A DNA stretch of 32,271 nucleotides from a virus. Its lineage: Duplodnaviria > Caudoviricetes. Both the position numbers and the translations under genes were made by a program. Below the pieces are notes generated by a model. The model was given only the letters and a program-made list of their open reading frames with translations, made no database searches and was not told the DNA's origin. This document shows positions 1-7,775 of the stretch, one piece after another (position 1 is the stretch's first letter; every line of letters begins with the position of its first letter). Location of the stretch: the IMG/VR virus record IMGVR_UViG_3300035041_000082, positions 1 through 32,271 of that record, one strand, 5' to 3'.

Positions 1-300
1 ACATAAAATCCCATCACCAACAATTTGAAGAATAACTCCGTTATAATCATTTATGGCTTTCTTACAAAGTTTAGTATACATCTGATAAACCTTAACCATA
101 TTCTTACGTCCAATTGCATCTGTTAGTACAGTTGAACTTCTTATGTCGATAAACATTAATGATGTTTCAATATTATAGACTTTCTTACCGCTTGGTATTT
201 GGTTTTGGTCTAAAAATCCAGTTTGATTTATTACCTCAATTTTTCTGTCATAGATTTGTTTTAACTCGTTCTTTAAAGAATCCAATTCACTTCTATTCAT
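1..300 (-). CDS. Class III nucleotide cyclase, N-terminal 100 aa (truncated by window edge), PycC-like
   Basis: Not in ORF track. Manual translation from ATG 300 (RBS AAAGGAG at 307-313), open to the edge: MNRSELDSLKNELKQIYDRKIEVINQTGFLDQNQIPSGKKVYNIETSLMFIDIRSSTVLTDAIGRKNMVKVYQMYTKLCKKAINDYNGVILQIVGDGILC. FIDIRSST and GDG are the two metal-binding Asp motifs of class III cyclases. Confidence 0.88.
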   Translation of the reverse strand, partial: MNRSELDSLKNELKQIYDRKIEVINQTGFLDQNQIPSGKKVYNIETSLMFIDIRSSTVLTDAIGRKNMVKVYQMYTKLCKKAINDYNGVILQIVGDGILC

Positions 301-314
301 TAGAAACTCCTTTC

Positions 315-1298
315 TCAATAACGCCTTCTCGTTCTTCTTGTAGGTCGTTTAACTATTTTATTTGTAGTTTTCTTAAAATTGTTAAGTGTATATATAAATA
401 ATGGAATAAACACAGAAGTTATAATCCATTTAACTACTTCAAGTGTTTGTAAATACATTGTTCTTTCCAATTCAGTCATAAAACTCAAGTCAATATCCGT
501 GATATACAAAATCCCAAAGAAACATGAAGCGATAAATATAAATAGCAACTGGTGTAAACGAATTATTCTATGTTTGTTTACATCTTTTGTGAAAATATTT
601 TTGAAACGAATAGCTAATGCAAATATATTCGTAATCAACAAAGCATAAAATAACATCGGTATAACAATAGAAAGCAAGTTATTAAGCGTTGTATCCCACT
701 CAAAAGGTATCACAATCATACTTTCTACGTCAAGAGGGTAACCAAATGCTGCCAGAAAAATCAGTAAACTCAGCATTGTAAATTGTATTGCATCCATAAT
801 CAATATTCTTTGTGTTCTTTTTTTATCTACTTTTGCTAGTTTCAACAACCCTAAACCCAAAAAAAAGTTTATAAATCTCATCGCAAACAGGAATAGGATT
901 GCATAGAGTAATTCAAAATATATAGCAATCAGAATCGTTCCCCATATACTTGCTGTAGGAATTCCTATACTAATCAAAATAATTGCTAATCCCAAACCAA
1001 TCGCAACAATTGCACCTGTTAATTTAAGCATAAATAGTAAGCCTTGTAATAAGCCTTGCCACATCTTCTGTAATAAATTCCGTTTCTTTTCATAAATTTC
1101 TATTACATCATCAGTTATATCTTCTTCTTGTTCTTCTTGCTCTTCTTTTTTGTTTTTATCTGGAACTGCATTTTGAATTTTTTGAATAAAATCTTTAAAA
1201 CTAAACACCTTGAAAGCATGTAAATAAAATATGATTTTGCCGATAAACAAAAGCATAAAATCTATTGATATTAATACAATCAATCCAATATTTAACAT
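315..1298 (-). CDS. Multi-pass membrane protein (about 7-8 TM), unknown function
   Basis: 327 aa, many hydrophobic segments, acidic loop EEQEEQEED, basic C-tail; RBS GAGGTG; 3 nt from the upstream stop. Confidence 0.8.
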   Translation of the reverse strand: MLNIGLIVLISIDFMLLFIGKIIFYLHAFKVFSFKDFIQKIQNAVPDKNKKEEQEEQEEDITDDVIEIYEKKRNLLQKMWQGLLQGLLFMLKLTGAIVAIGLGLAIILISIGIPTASIWGTILIAIYFELLYAILFLFAMRFINFFLGLGLLKLAKVDKKRTQRILIMDAIQFTMLSLLIFLAAFGYPLDVESMIVIPFEWDTTLNNLLSIVIPMLFYALLITNIFALAIRFKNIFTKDVNKHRIIRLHQLLFIFIASCFFGILYITDIDLSFMTELERTMYLQTLEVVKWIITSVFIPLFIYTLNNFKKTTNKIVKRPTRRTRRRY

Positions 1299-1301
1299 AC
1301 T

Positions 1302-1796
1302 TTACACCTCTCGAAAACAATCTAGTTTTAAAGCCACCTCATTCGTAATGCATTCCGGTATTATACTCTTAACATTATATAGTTTCTTAATATGAAAATG
1401 AGCAAATGAAATTGCATCTATTTCAATTTTTTGTTTAAGATATTCTTCTTCAGGGATATCTTTTTTTGTAGGTGAGTTATAATTACTCATTTCCTCTTTC
1501 CAAATCTGAATAGTTTTTGAATCAATATTGCTTTCACCTTGATACTTTCTTGTTATCAACTTCCATTGAAATGCATGTCTAGTTTCATCAAAGCATGTAA
1601 CTTGAATCTCCATTGGTTTTGCTTGCTTTATCCATTCTTCGTTAAAAGCTATGATGTATTTTTCTTTTATAAAGATAGAATTAATGCCTTTCTTAGTTAA
1701 ATCTTGATTATAAAAAAACTGCACGTCTGGTGTTTCTATACCTAGAATTCGTGCAGCTAAAGTCGTGCCATTGATCGCAACTTCGTAGTTATCCAT
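1302..1796 (-). CDS. Zincin/ImmA-IrrE-like metallopeptidase-fold protein with altered motif (DETRH)
   Basis: TCF-DETRH-AFQ followed by EIDA..FA, the HExxH...E layout; RBS AGGGGG. Confidence 0.65.
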   Translation of the reverse strand: MDNYEVAINGTTLAARILGIETPDVQFFYNQDLTKKGINSIFIKEKYIIAFNEEWIKQAKPMEIQVTCFDETRHAFQWKLITRKYQGESNIDSKTIQIWKEEMSNYNSPTKKDIPEEEYLKQKIEIDAISFAHFHIKKLYNVKSIIPECITNEVALKLDCFREV

Positions 1797-1829
1797 GATG
1801 TGTTCCCCCTAGATATCCTCTTAAGTAAA

Positions 1830-1838
1830 ATTATAACA
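1830..1838 (-). promoter_or_regulatory. Extended -10 promoter (TGTTATAAT) for the peptidase/TM/cyclase operon
   Basis: Perfect TGnTATAAT about 35 nt upstream of ATG 1796. Confidence 0.6.
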
Positions 1839-1861
1839 TATTTTTTTAATTTCAAGAATAC

Positions 1862-1893
1862 AAAAAAAGTCATATCTTTTTTAGGTATGACTT
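1862..1893 (-). terminator. Intrinsic terminator after the HEPN-like gene
   Basis: Minus strand AAGTCATAC...ATATGACTT imperfect hairpin followed by a T tract. Confidence 0.65.
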
Positions 1894-1955
1894 CATTCAT
1901 TTATATATTTTTTAATGTAATATGTAACAATATAAAGTTTACCTACATAACTTAA

Positions 1956-3242
1956 TTATTTTATGATTTTCAAAAATTCTTCTTCTTTATCCTCATCAAC
2001 TAAGAAATCTAGCACATCAAGTTTAACAGTTTTTGCCGTAGCCTTATTTCTTGCAATGTCACCTAATGTTCTTAATCTTCTAAGTTTAATTGGATGTTTA
2101 ATTCTATCTTTTAATATTGTATTTTGCTGCAGAACCTCGATGAATTTTTCTACTGCAATATCACTAAATTTACTAAACATGTCCGGAATATATTGTGCTG
2201 CTAAATCTGCAAAAAAATCTTTTCTTGAAAATTGAATACTTCCGTGCATTCTTCCAACATATGTTTGGGTAAGTCCATTAACATAGTCAAACAGTAATTC
2301 AGATGGAATTATTTCTGAATATTTTGATAATTGAGTAACACATTCATTTTCAATTCTGAAAGTATCTAGATTATCATTTAATTTCTTAATGATAGGTCTT
2401 AAAAGACTAATTCGGGCATTTCTAGAAAGATATCTACTAGCATTTACAAAATCAATAAATTTAAATGCATTATCAATCCTTTTAGCATCTCCGTTTTGAA
2501 TTTCCTGATCAACTCTCCTTGCAGTTTGTATTTGTATGTCTTTAGGTAACAAATTCCATAATAAAGGTGCTGAAAACTCTATGTTTGACTTCAGAGTCAT
2601 AGGTGTGTCTTCGTGTATATAAGACGTCATAAACCTGTTAGCAAGTTCATTCTTGTAGATTTTTGGAAGATCTGCAAATGTATTTGAAATAATATACTCA
2701 TCCCTATTAAATGTTTCTGATGACATAATATTAATGTAATCATCAAGAATCACTATTTTAGGTGGAAAGTCTTGACTTAAGACATACTTAATACAATCCT
2801 CCATCATTGAAAGGACTTTTACATGTGATGGTTCACTACTTTCAGGATGTGCTGAAAATATATTTCTAGTATCTCTCGCATGATGTAGCACTTTTTTTGC
2901 TTCAAGTCCTATCACACCAATTTTATATGCTCCTTCAATTAACTGAAAATCATTTACATGATCTTGAAAGTCTTCATAAGTACTGATAGTTCTACCAATA
3001 CTAGACTCCTTGTTAAATAGATCTAAACTTCGATAAATGATTTTTCTTCGCAAGTCATCAACAACAGCATTCCAAAACTGTCCGATTGCACTTCTTAATC
3101 CATTAACCTTTAATACTCTGACAGCCTCGAGGATATACGGAGAATATCGGATATCTTCTCTTATTTCACCAATACTATGATTAAATAGTTGAATATGTTC
3201 TGCTTGCATATCTTCATTTTGAACAATTATTTCATTTTTCAT
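1956..3242 (-). CDS. HEPN-like domain protein (putative Abi/RNase), 428 aa
   Basis: Start placed at ATG 3242 (RBS AGGGGTG). N-terminal EA..L...G.RSA...W.AVVDDL and RNIFSAH (Rx5H) resemble HEPN; helical C-terminal part unassigned. Confidence 0.6.
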   Translation of the reverse strand: MKNEIIVQNEDMQAEHIQLFNHSIGEIREDIRYSPYILEAVRVLKVNGLRSAIGQFWNAVVDDLRRKIIYRSLDLFNKESSIGRTISTYEDFQDHVNDFQLIEGAYKIGVIGLEAKKVLHHARDTRNIFSAHPESSEPSHVKVLSMMEDCIKYVLSQDFPPKIVILDDYINIMSSETFNRDEYIISNTFADLPKIYKNELANRFMTSYIHEDTPMTLKSNIEFSAPLLWNLLPKDIQIQTARRVDQEIQNGDAKRIDNAFKFIDFVNASRYLSRNARISLLRPIIKKLNDNLDTFRIENECVTQLSKYSEIIPSELLFDYVNGLTQTYVGRMHGSIQFSRKDFFADLAAQYIPDMFSKFSDIAVEKFIEVLQQNTILKDRIKHPIKLRRLRTLGDIARNKATAKTVKLDVLDFLVDEDKEEEFLKIIK

Positions 3243-3272
3243 ATTATCACCCCTTTTTATATGCACAAAAAC

Positions 3273-3301
3273 ATTATACTACTTAAACGTTAACAAATCA
3301 A
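3273..3301 (-). promoter_or_regulatory. Sigma70-type promoter TTGATT-N17-TATAAT for the HEPN-like gene
   Basis: Near-consensus hexamers with 17-nt spacer, just downstream of a terminator. Confidence 0.65.
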
Positions 3302-3316
3302 AATCTAAAAAAATAC

Positions 3317-3347
3317 AAAAAAAGCCACACCATATTATCGGTGTGGC
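3317..3347 (-). terminator. Intrinsic terminator ending the late operon / SSB-like gene
   Basis: GCCACACC-N8-GGTGTGGC followed by T7 on the minus strand. Confidence 0.85.
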
Positions 3348-3368
3348 CATACTTGTGAAGCTATTTAG

Positions 3369-3629
3369 TTATTCGTTTTTCGTATTAATGAATGTTACTT
3401 TATCTCCAACAATCCTTAGGATATTGTTATCAATGTTAAGTGATGCTTTAACGCCTATTGTAGCACCTTCTTTAAGGTACTCTAGAACATTATCCATGAG
3501 TCCTTCTACAATGCTTACTGGAATCAAATCAGATTCTTTACAATTTTGTCTTTTAATATCAATTGTAACAATACCTGCTAGCTTGTCGAGTTTATTTACT
3601 CTTCCTACTAATATGACTTGGTTTAACAT
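3369..3629 (-). CDS. Minimal single-stranded DNA-binding (OB-fold) protein
   Basis: MLNQVILVGR N-terminus, SDLIPV and YLKEG.TIGV.ASL are SSB-like; no acidic C-terminal tail; RBS AAGGAGG. Confidence 0.7.
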   Translation of the reverse strand: MLNQVILVGRVNKLDKLAGIVTIDIKRQNCKESDLIPVSIVEGLMDNVLEYLKEGATIGVKASLNIDNNILRIVGDKVTFINTKNE

Positions 3630-3635
3630 ACTTTT

Positions 3636-3688
3636 CCTCCTTGATTTGGTTATGACACATGTTACCTAAATAAAGCTACTATAGCAAG
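3636..3688 (-). promoter_or_regulatory. Promoter-RBS motif copy 1 (CTTGCTA-N29-TAACCAAAT..AAGGAGG)
   Basis: TTGCTA-N17-TAACAT; same frame as the copy at 26128-26180. Confidence 0.55.
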
Positions 3689-3698
3689 CTTTATTCTT

Positions 3699-4184
3699 TT
3701 ACTTATTCAACTTATCTGCAATAATCTTCTCTGCTTCTGAGAGTGTTGATTTTCCGTGCATTTTGTTACTAAAGGATATGTAATCATCAATGATGGATTC
3801 TATCTTGCTTTGATTATCTTCAACAAAACCAATCGCTTTTTCAGTCGATCCAGTTAGATTTGATACCCATTCACTAAGTCTTTGAATAACAGCTTGTTTT
3901 TTCTCATCCCCAGCTAGGAAAATTTCACCCTTTTGTTTGGCAATCTGATTCTTTTCCTCAACAATCATAATGAACTCTTTAATTGTCTTTTGAACCGTTT
4001 CATCAAATACGATATCAGTCGCTTTTGTCACTAAATCAGCGACGACTTCAGAAGAGTTCCTAATATCTTCTTTAACTTCTTTAATAACCGTTGATAGATT
4101 CCCACTTTCTTTAAACTTCGATGTGAAGTATAGAATAAGTGTTAGCACATTAGTTACGATTAATATTGTTTCAAGTGTTGTCAT
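3699..4184 (-). CDS. Holin-like protein (LL-H family-like)
   Basis: One N-terminal TM, GDEKKQAV motif reminiscent of LL-H holins, lysis-cassette position. Confidence 0.5.
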   Translation of the reverse strand: MTTLETILIVTNVLTLILYFTSKFKESGNLSTVIKEVKEDIRNSSEVVADLVTKATDIVFDETVQKTIKEFIMIVEEKNQIAKQKGEIFLAGDEKKQAVIQRLSEWVSNLTGSTEKAIGFVEDNQSKIESIIDDYISFSNKMHGKSTLSEAEKIIADKLNK

Positions 4185-4497
4185 TTGGTTTTCCTCCTAT
4201 ATGGTTATATATATTTACTTGTGAATCTTCTAGTCTTGATACACGATGTTCAAGAACATTAACATCCTTTTTTAAAGATTTAATATCCTGTCCATGCATT
4301 TCAAGTAAGTTTAGCATCTTAACATTTTGTTTTTCGATTCTTTGAAGATTAACGATGATTTCATCATTTTTTGTTTTGTTCTTTTTTTCTTGCTGACTGA
4401 ATTGTTTAATAGTTGTCAAAATTACCACAACCATAGTCACAACCCAATATATTAGATTTTGCATACGAAACACCTCTGTAATACTATCCCAGTCCAC
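4171..4497 (-). CDS. Single-TM coiled-coil protein (XhlA/BhlA-like lysis protein)
   Basis: TM near aa 15-30 then heptad coiled coil; overlaps both neighbours. Confidence 0.5.
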   Translation of the reverse strand: MDWDSITEVFRMQNLIYWVVTMVVVILTTIKQFSQQEKKNKTKNDEIIVNLQRIEKQNVKMLNLLEMHGQDIKSLKKDVNVLEHRVSRLEDSQVNIYNHIGGKPNDNT

Positions 4498-5122
4498 TTT
4501 GTATCATCTCATTTCTGTAATTCTCTAGGTAGTCAAATAAGGATACTATCTCTTCTTCATAATTAACCTCGTGGTTTACTTTATAATTTGCTTTATAATC
4601 AATCATTTTACTTTTCCAAGGCTCATCTACAATCAAGTCAAATGTACCTGTCTGATTAAAGTGTTCAATCATGCCTCTTAGTCTATATAGATGATAGAAA
4701 GCTTTAGATTTTTGATTAACTTCAAATACACTTTTTGAATAGATTAATAATGCATCTATCAAATTGCTAATAAATGTACGATCAACGTTTGTAATGATAT
4801 GATCTAACTCATCTGAAAACACAGGATTTAAATAATACTCATTTGATTTAATACCAAGAACATTATCTGCTGCTTGCCTATGATAAGCGATGATTGAATC
4901 ATCAAATTGTTGTCTCTTAATAAAATCCTCTTTCGAGAAAACAAATAGGTCATATTTTCCAATAAATAAATGAAGGATTCCTCTAAAACCCTCTAATACG
5001 ACAGTGACATCAATATCGCTTGTATTTTCATCTAATCCATAAGCTTTAGATCCACCATAGTAAATAAGCAAAATTTCAGTATTTGGAAATACTTCTTTTA
5101 TGAGATCATAGACGTCATTCAT
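4484..5122 (-). CDS. Pol-beta superfamily nucleotidyltransferase
   Basis: GGSKAYG....SDIDV (GS...DxD) plus third Asp in YDLF; helical C-terminal domain. Confidence 0.8.
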   Translation of the reverse strand: MNDVYDLIKEVFPNTEILLIYYGGSKAYGLDENTSDIDVTVVLEGFRGILHLFIGKYDLFVFSKEDFIKRQQFDDSIIAYHRQAADNVLGIKSNEYYLNPVFSDELDHIITNVDRTFISNLIDALLIYSKSVFEVNQKSKAFYHLYRLRGMIEHFNQTGTFDLIVDEPWKSKMIDYKANYKVNHEVNYEEEIVSLFDYLENYRNEMIQSGLG

Positions 5123-5450
5123 TTACTTTCTCCTCAATAGCTTCAGCTAGTGGTGGTTCTAAAACATCATAATCATCTAATGCATCTTCAAATCCTATGA
5201 CATTTTGCTTTAACCAATTGTATCCTTCAACAATTGGATTCACATCTAAAAACAATCCATAATCAGAAAATGGGATTGATATATCCACTTCCTCGATTGG
5301 ATGGTTATTACTTGCTCTTGCTTCTTTGGATAAATAGGATGCCACACATACTGTAATCTTCTTGTTTGAATAACTTATATTGAATGCAGTAATTCGGTGA
5401 TAAGATGCACCTACACCAAATTTCGTATTTAACTCTTTAATAATTGCCAT
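5115..5450 (-). CDS. Phage protein downstream of tail fibres (possible fibre assembly factor)
   Basis: 111 aa, RBS AGGA, position after fibres; function from position only. Confidence 0.55.
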   Translation of the reverse strand: MAIIKELNTKFGVGASYHRITAFNISYSNKKITVCVASYLSKEARASNNHPIEEVDISIPFSDYGLFLDVNPIVEGYNWLKQNVIGFEDALDDYDVLEPPLAEAIEEKVNE

Positions 5451-5458
5451 AATAATTC

Positions 5459-6139
5459 CTACTTTCTTCTCATTCTGTAGATTGTAACTGAAATACTATC
5501 AGGTGAACCTACAGACATTCCTGGATTGATATATAGTGCTCCAAGATCGCCATATGCTGTGTGAACAAAATCCACCATCTTAATTGATCCATCTCCTTGG
5601 CCAGAAAGTGTTGTCATACTTTTGCCATATGCTACCCACACTTGAGTATCTACATAACTCGCTTTAAATGTAGGCGATATTTCAAAATCAATGACCTTTG
5701 TAATCCCACTTGTAATCGCTGGTCCTGATACATAACTATCTTCGATGTACTTTGCTGTTGTATTTATAGATGATCGTTTATCGTGAACTGTATCTTCAGT
5801 ATTTAAATGATGGTTAATATAGGATCCGTAAAGACTTGATTGAGCAGATGTTCTGTAGTAGATGTACGTATCTGAAGTATCTAATGAAGTTCCTTGAGTG
5901 GACGCAATCACATGAACTTTATAAATGTAATCTGGATCAAACGGATAAGTTAAACTATGGTAATAAGAATATCCTTGATAGAAATATACTTGTTCTAATG
6001 CACCACCAATTTTCACTACAGAAGATATGCCTCTTGCATATAGAGTTTCACTACCATAATCAAAAGCTAACTCACCTAAATAGGATAGATCAGATGTCGT
6101 TGGAGTACTTGAACCACGTTTAACTCTAATAATTGACAT
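5459..6139 (-). CDS. Tail fibre / receptor-binding protein 2
   Basis: N-terminal IRVKRG...GELAFD (Mtd_N/hyaluronidase-N-like), beta-rich Tyr/Ser/Thr C-terminal domain. Confidence 0.65.
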   Translation of the reverse strand: MSIIRVKRGSSTPTTSDLSYLGELAFDYGSETLYARGISSVVKIGGALEQVYFYQGYSYYHSLTYPFDPDYIYKVHVIASTQGTSLDTSDTYIYYRTSAQSSLYGSYINHHLNTEDTVHDKRSSINTTAKYIEDSYVSGPAITSGITKVIDFEISPTFKASYVDTQVWVAYGKSMTTLSGQGDGSIKMVDFVHTAYGDLGALYINPGMSVGSPDSISVTIYRMRRK

Positions 6140-6990
6140 TAGTAAGTACCACCATCAATGATCGATGATGGTGTTAATACTTTTGAAGTATCAATCCCAA
6201 GTTTGTAAGTAATTCTAGTTGGTGTATAGTTTGAGTCAACAACTGCAACATATAAAAGACCATCAATAATTACATTATTTGCATATTCCGTTTCAGAAGC
6301 TGCGACTGCAATCCCATCTGAATCGCCAATATAAATATCTTTCACATTACTCAAAATTGTTCTTTGAGTTTCTGTTAAATGTAGATTCGAAGCAACATGC
6401 GTGTTATATGTTGTTGAAGCAACACCTCCAAGCCCAGCAAGTGAAATCGTTACTGCCCCTGTTGAACCATTAACGCTCGTTACAGCATCAGTTGGTGTTA
6501 GGAGTTCTTGCCAGTTAGCAAGAGTAGAGTAAGGTGATGCCTTTAGAATAAACGACTTGTTTAAATCGGTTCTAACGGCAACGTCACCCTCCTGTGCGTT
6601 TGATAAAGCAAGCATCGCAGTCTGACTTGCTACAACATATGTGTTTGTCATCGCAATCTTTGGAACAACACTATCTGCTAATTTACCACTTGCATCAAGG
6701 ATAGGTACATTCCCACTTCCAGTCCCAGTGTTTTTTGTTGATGCTGTTCCTAAATTGAGTGCTGTAATCTTCGTATCAATCTGATTATCAACTTTGTCTA
6801 CTCCAGGTATCTTCAAGTAATCTGATTCAGAGAGTGGTACTGATACACTTGCCACTTTGTCCGCTTTTGCAATATATAAATGCTCACCACTAAAATCAAC
6901 TTGTGGTTCACCAGCTTTTACTGTTCCTGTTGTTCCAGTTAATGGTCCAGTTCCTGCAGTTGTTCTTCTCTTTATTTGAATTGTAGCCAT
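6139..6990 (-). CDS. Tail fibre protein 1
   Basis: N-terminal IQIKRR...GEP, fibre motifs LGTASTKNTG.GSGNVPILDASGKL and VTSVNG.TGAV, C-terminal IDGGTY. Confidence 0.75.
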   Translation of the reverse strand: MATIQIKRRTTAGTGPLTGTTGTVKAGEPQVDFSGEHLYIAKADKVASVSVPLSESDYLKIPGVDKVDNQIDTKITALNLGTASTKNTGTGSGNVPILDASGKLADSVVPKIAMTNTYVVASQTAMLALSNAQEGDVAVRTDLNKSFILKASPYSTLANWQELLTPTDAVTSVNGSTGAVTISLAGLGGVASTTYNTHVASNLHLTETQRTILSNVKDIYIGDSDGIAVAASETEYANNVIIDGLLYVAVVDSNYTPTRITYKLGIDTSKVLTPSSIIDGGTY

Positions 6991-7001
6991 TTAAATTCCT
7001 C

Positions 7002-7775
7002 CTATTTTTTTGTAAACACGCTTGTGATATTATGTGTCGTATTTCCAGTTGTTAACGTGACAATCCCATCTTGATATACAACACTAAGCGAATAATCACT
7101 TGATGCATATCGATATGAAATTGACGTATTAGATCCAACAAATAAGAACATCTGTTCTCCTGGAAAAGTCACTACCGTATGGTTGTTAATTGTCACATAG
7201 ATAATTGAATCTCTTAGTTCAACTGAACTTGTACCAGAAAAACGATAAGTACCAGCTGTTACTAAAGTCAATGTTCTTCTCTTTGGTAAATAGCGGCTTA
7301 ATATTTCATCGTCAAGATCATCTACTCGAGTTCTGTCATTACTGATAAGTTTTCTTGAATAACTGGTTAAAGTAACTGATGTTGTTGTTTTTGTATACGC
7401 ACATAAAGCCAGTTCATATAGTCCATCTGTTGTTAATAGATTTGTCATTGTTAAGGATGGATAACTACCTGTCTGTTCTTTTAAATATAAACTTATTGAG
7501 TTATCAGATGTGTTTACACCTAAAACAACATATCCATATTTACTAGAATCTGGAGTAACTCCAATGGTTGTCTGATTTTCAACATAAATGATTCTTCCAT
7601 ATACTGAAATGTATCCATCACTAAATGTAATGGTGTTATTCGCTAATGTATATCCGCATTCACTTTTTAATCCTTTTAAGATGCCTACATCACTTGAAAA
7701 TAGAAAATGGTATAAATCTGAATCCATCTTTGATGTGACGTTCCCACCTTCAAATGTTATTTTTTGTAATCCCAT
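7002..7775 (-). CDS. Baseplate/tail-tip protein
   Basis: ITFSDG.ISVYGR and YELALCAY motifs typical of upper baseplate proteins; position after Tal-like gene. Confidence 0.6.
   Translation of the reverse strand: MGLQKITFEGGNVTSKMDSDLYHFLFSSDVGILKGLKSECGYTLANNTITFSDGYISVYGRIIYVENQTTIGVTPDSSKYGYVVLGVNTSDNSISLYLKEQTGSYPSLTMTNLLTTDGLYELALCAYTKTTTSVTLTSYSRKLISNDRTRVDDLDDEILSRYLPKRRTLTLVTAGTYRFSGTSSVELRDSIIYVTINNHTVVTFPGEQMFLFVGSNTSISYRYASSDYSLSVVYQDGIVTLTTGNTTHNITSVFTKK

Noticed and set aside
1956-5122. HEPN-MNT toxin-antitoxin pair
   Set aside because: The genes are separated by three ORFs and a terminator and have different transcription contexts; canonical pairs are adjacent.
5459-6990. Diversity-generating retroelement target (Mtd_N-like fibres)
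   Set aside because: No reverse transcriptase or template/variable repeat pair seen in the window.
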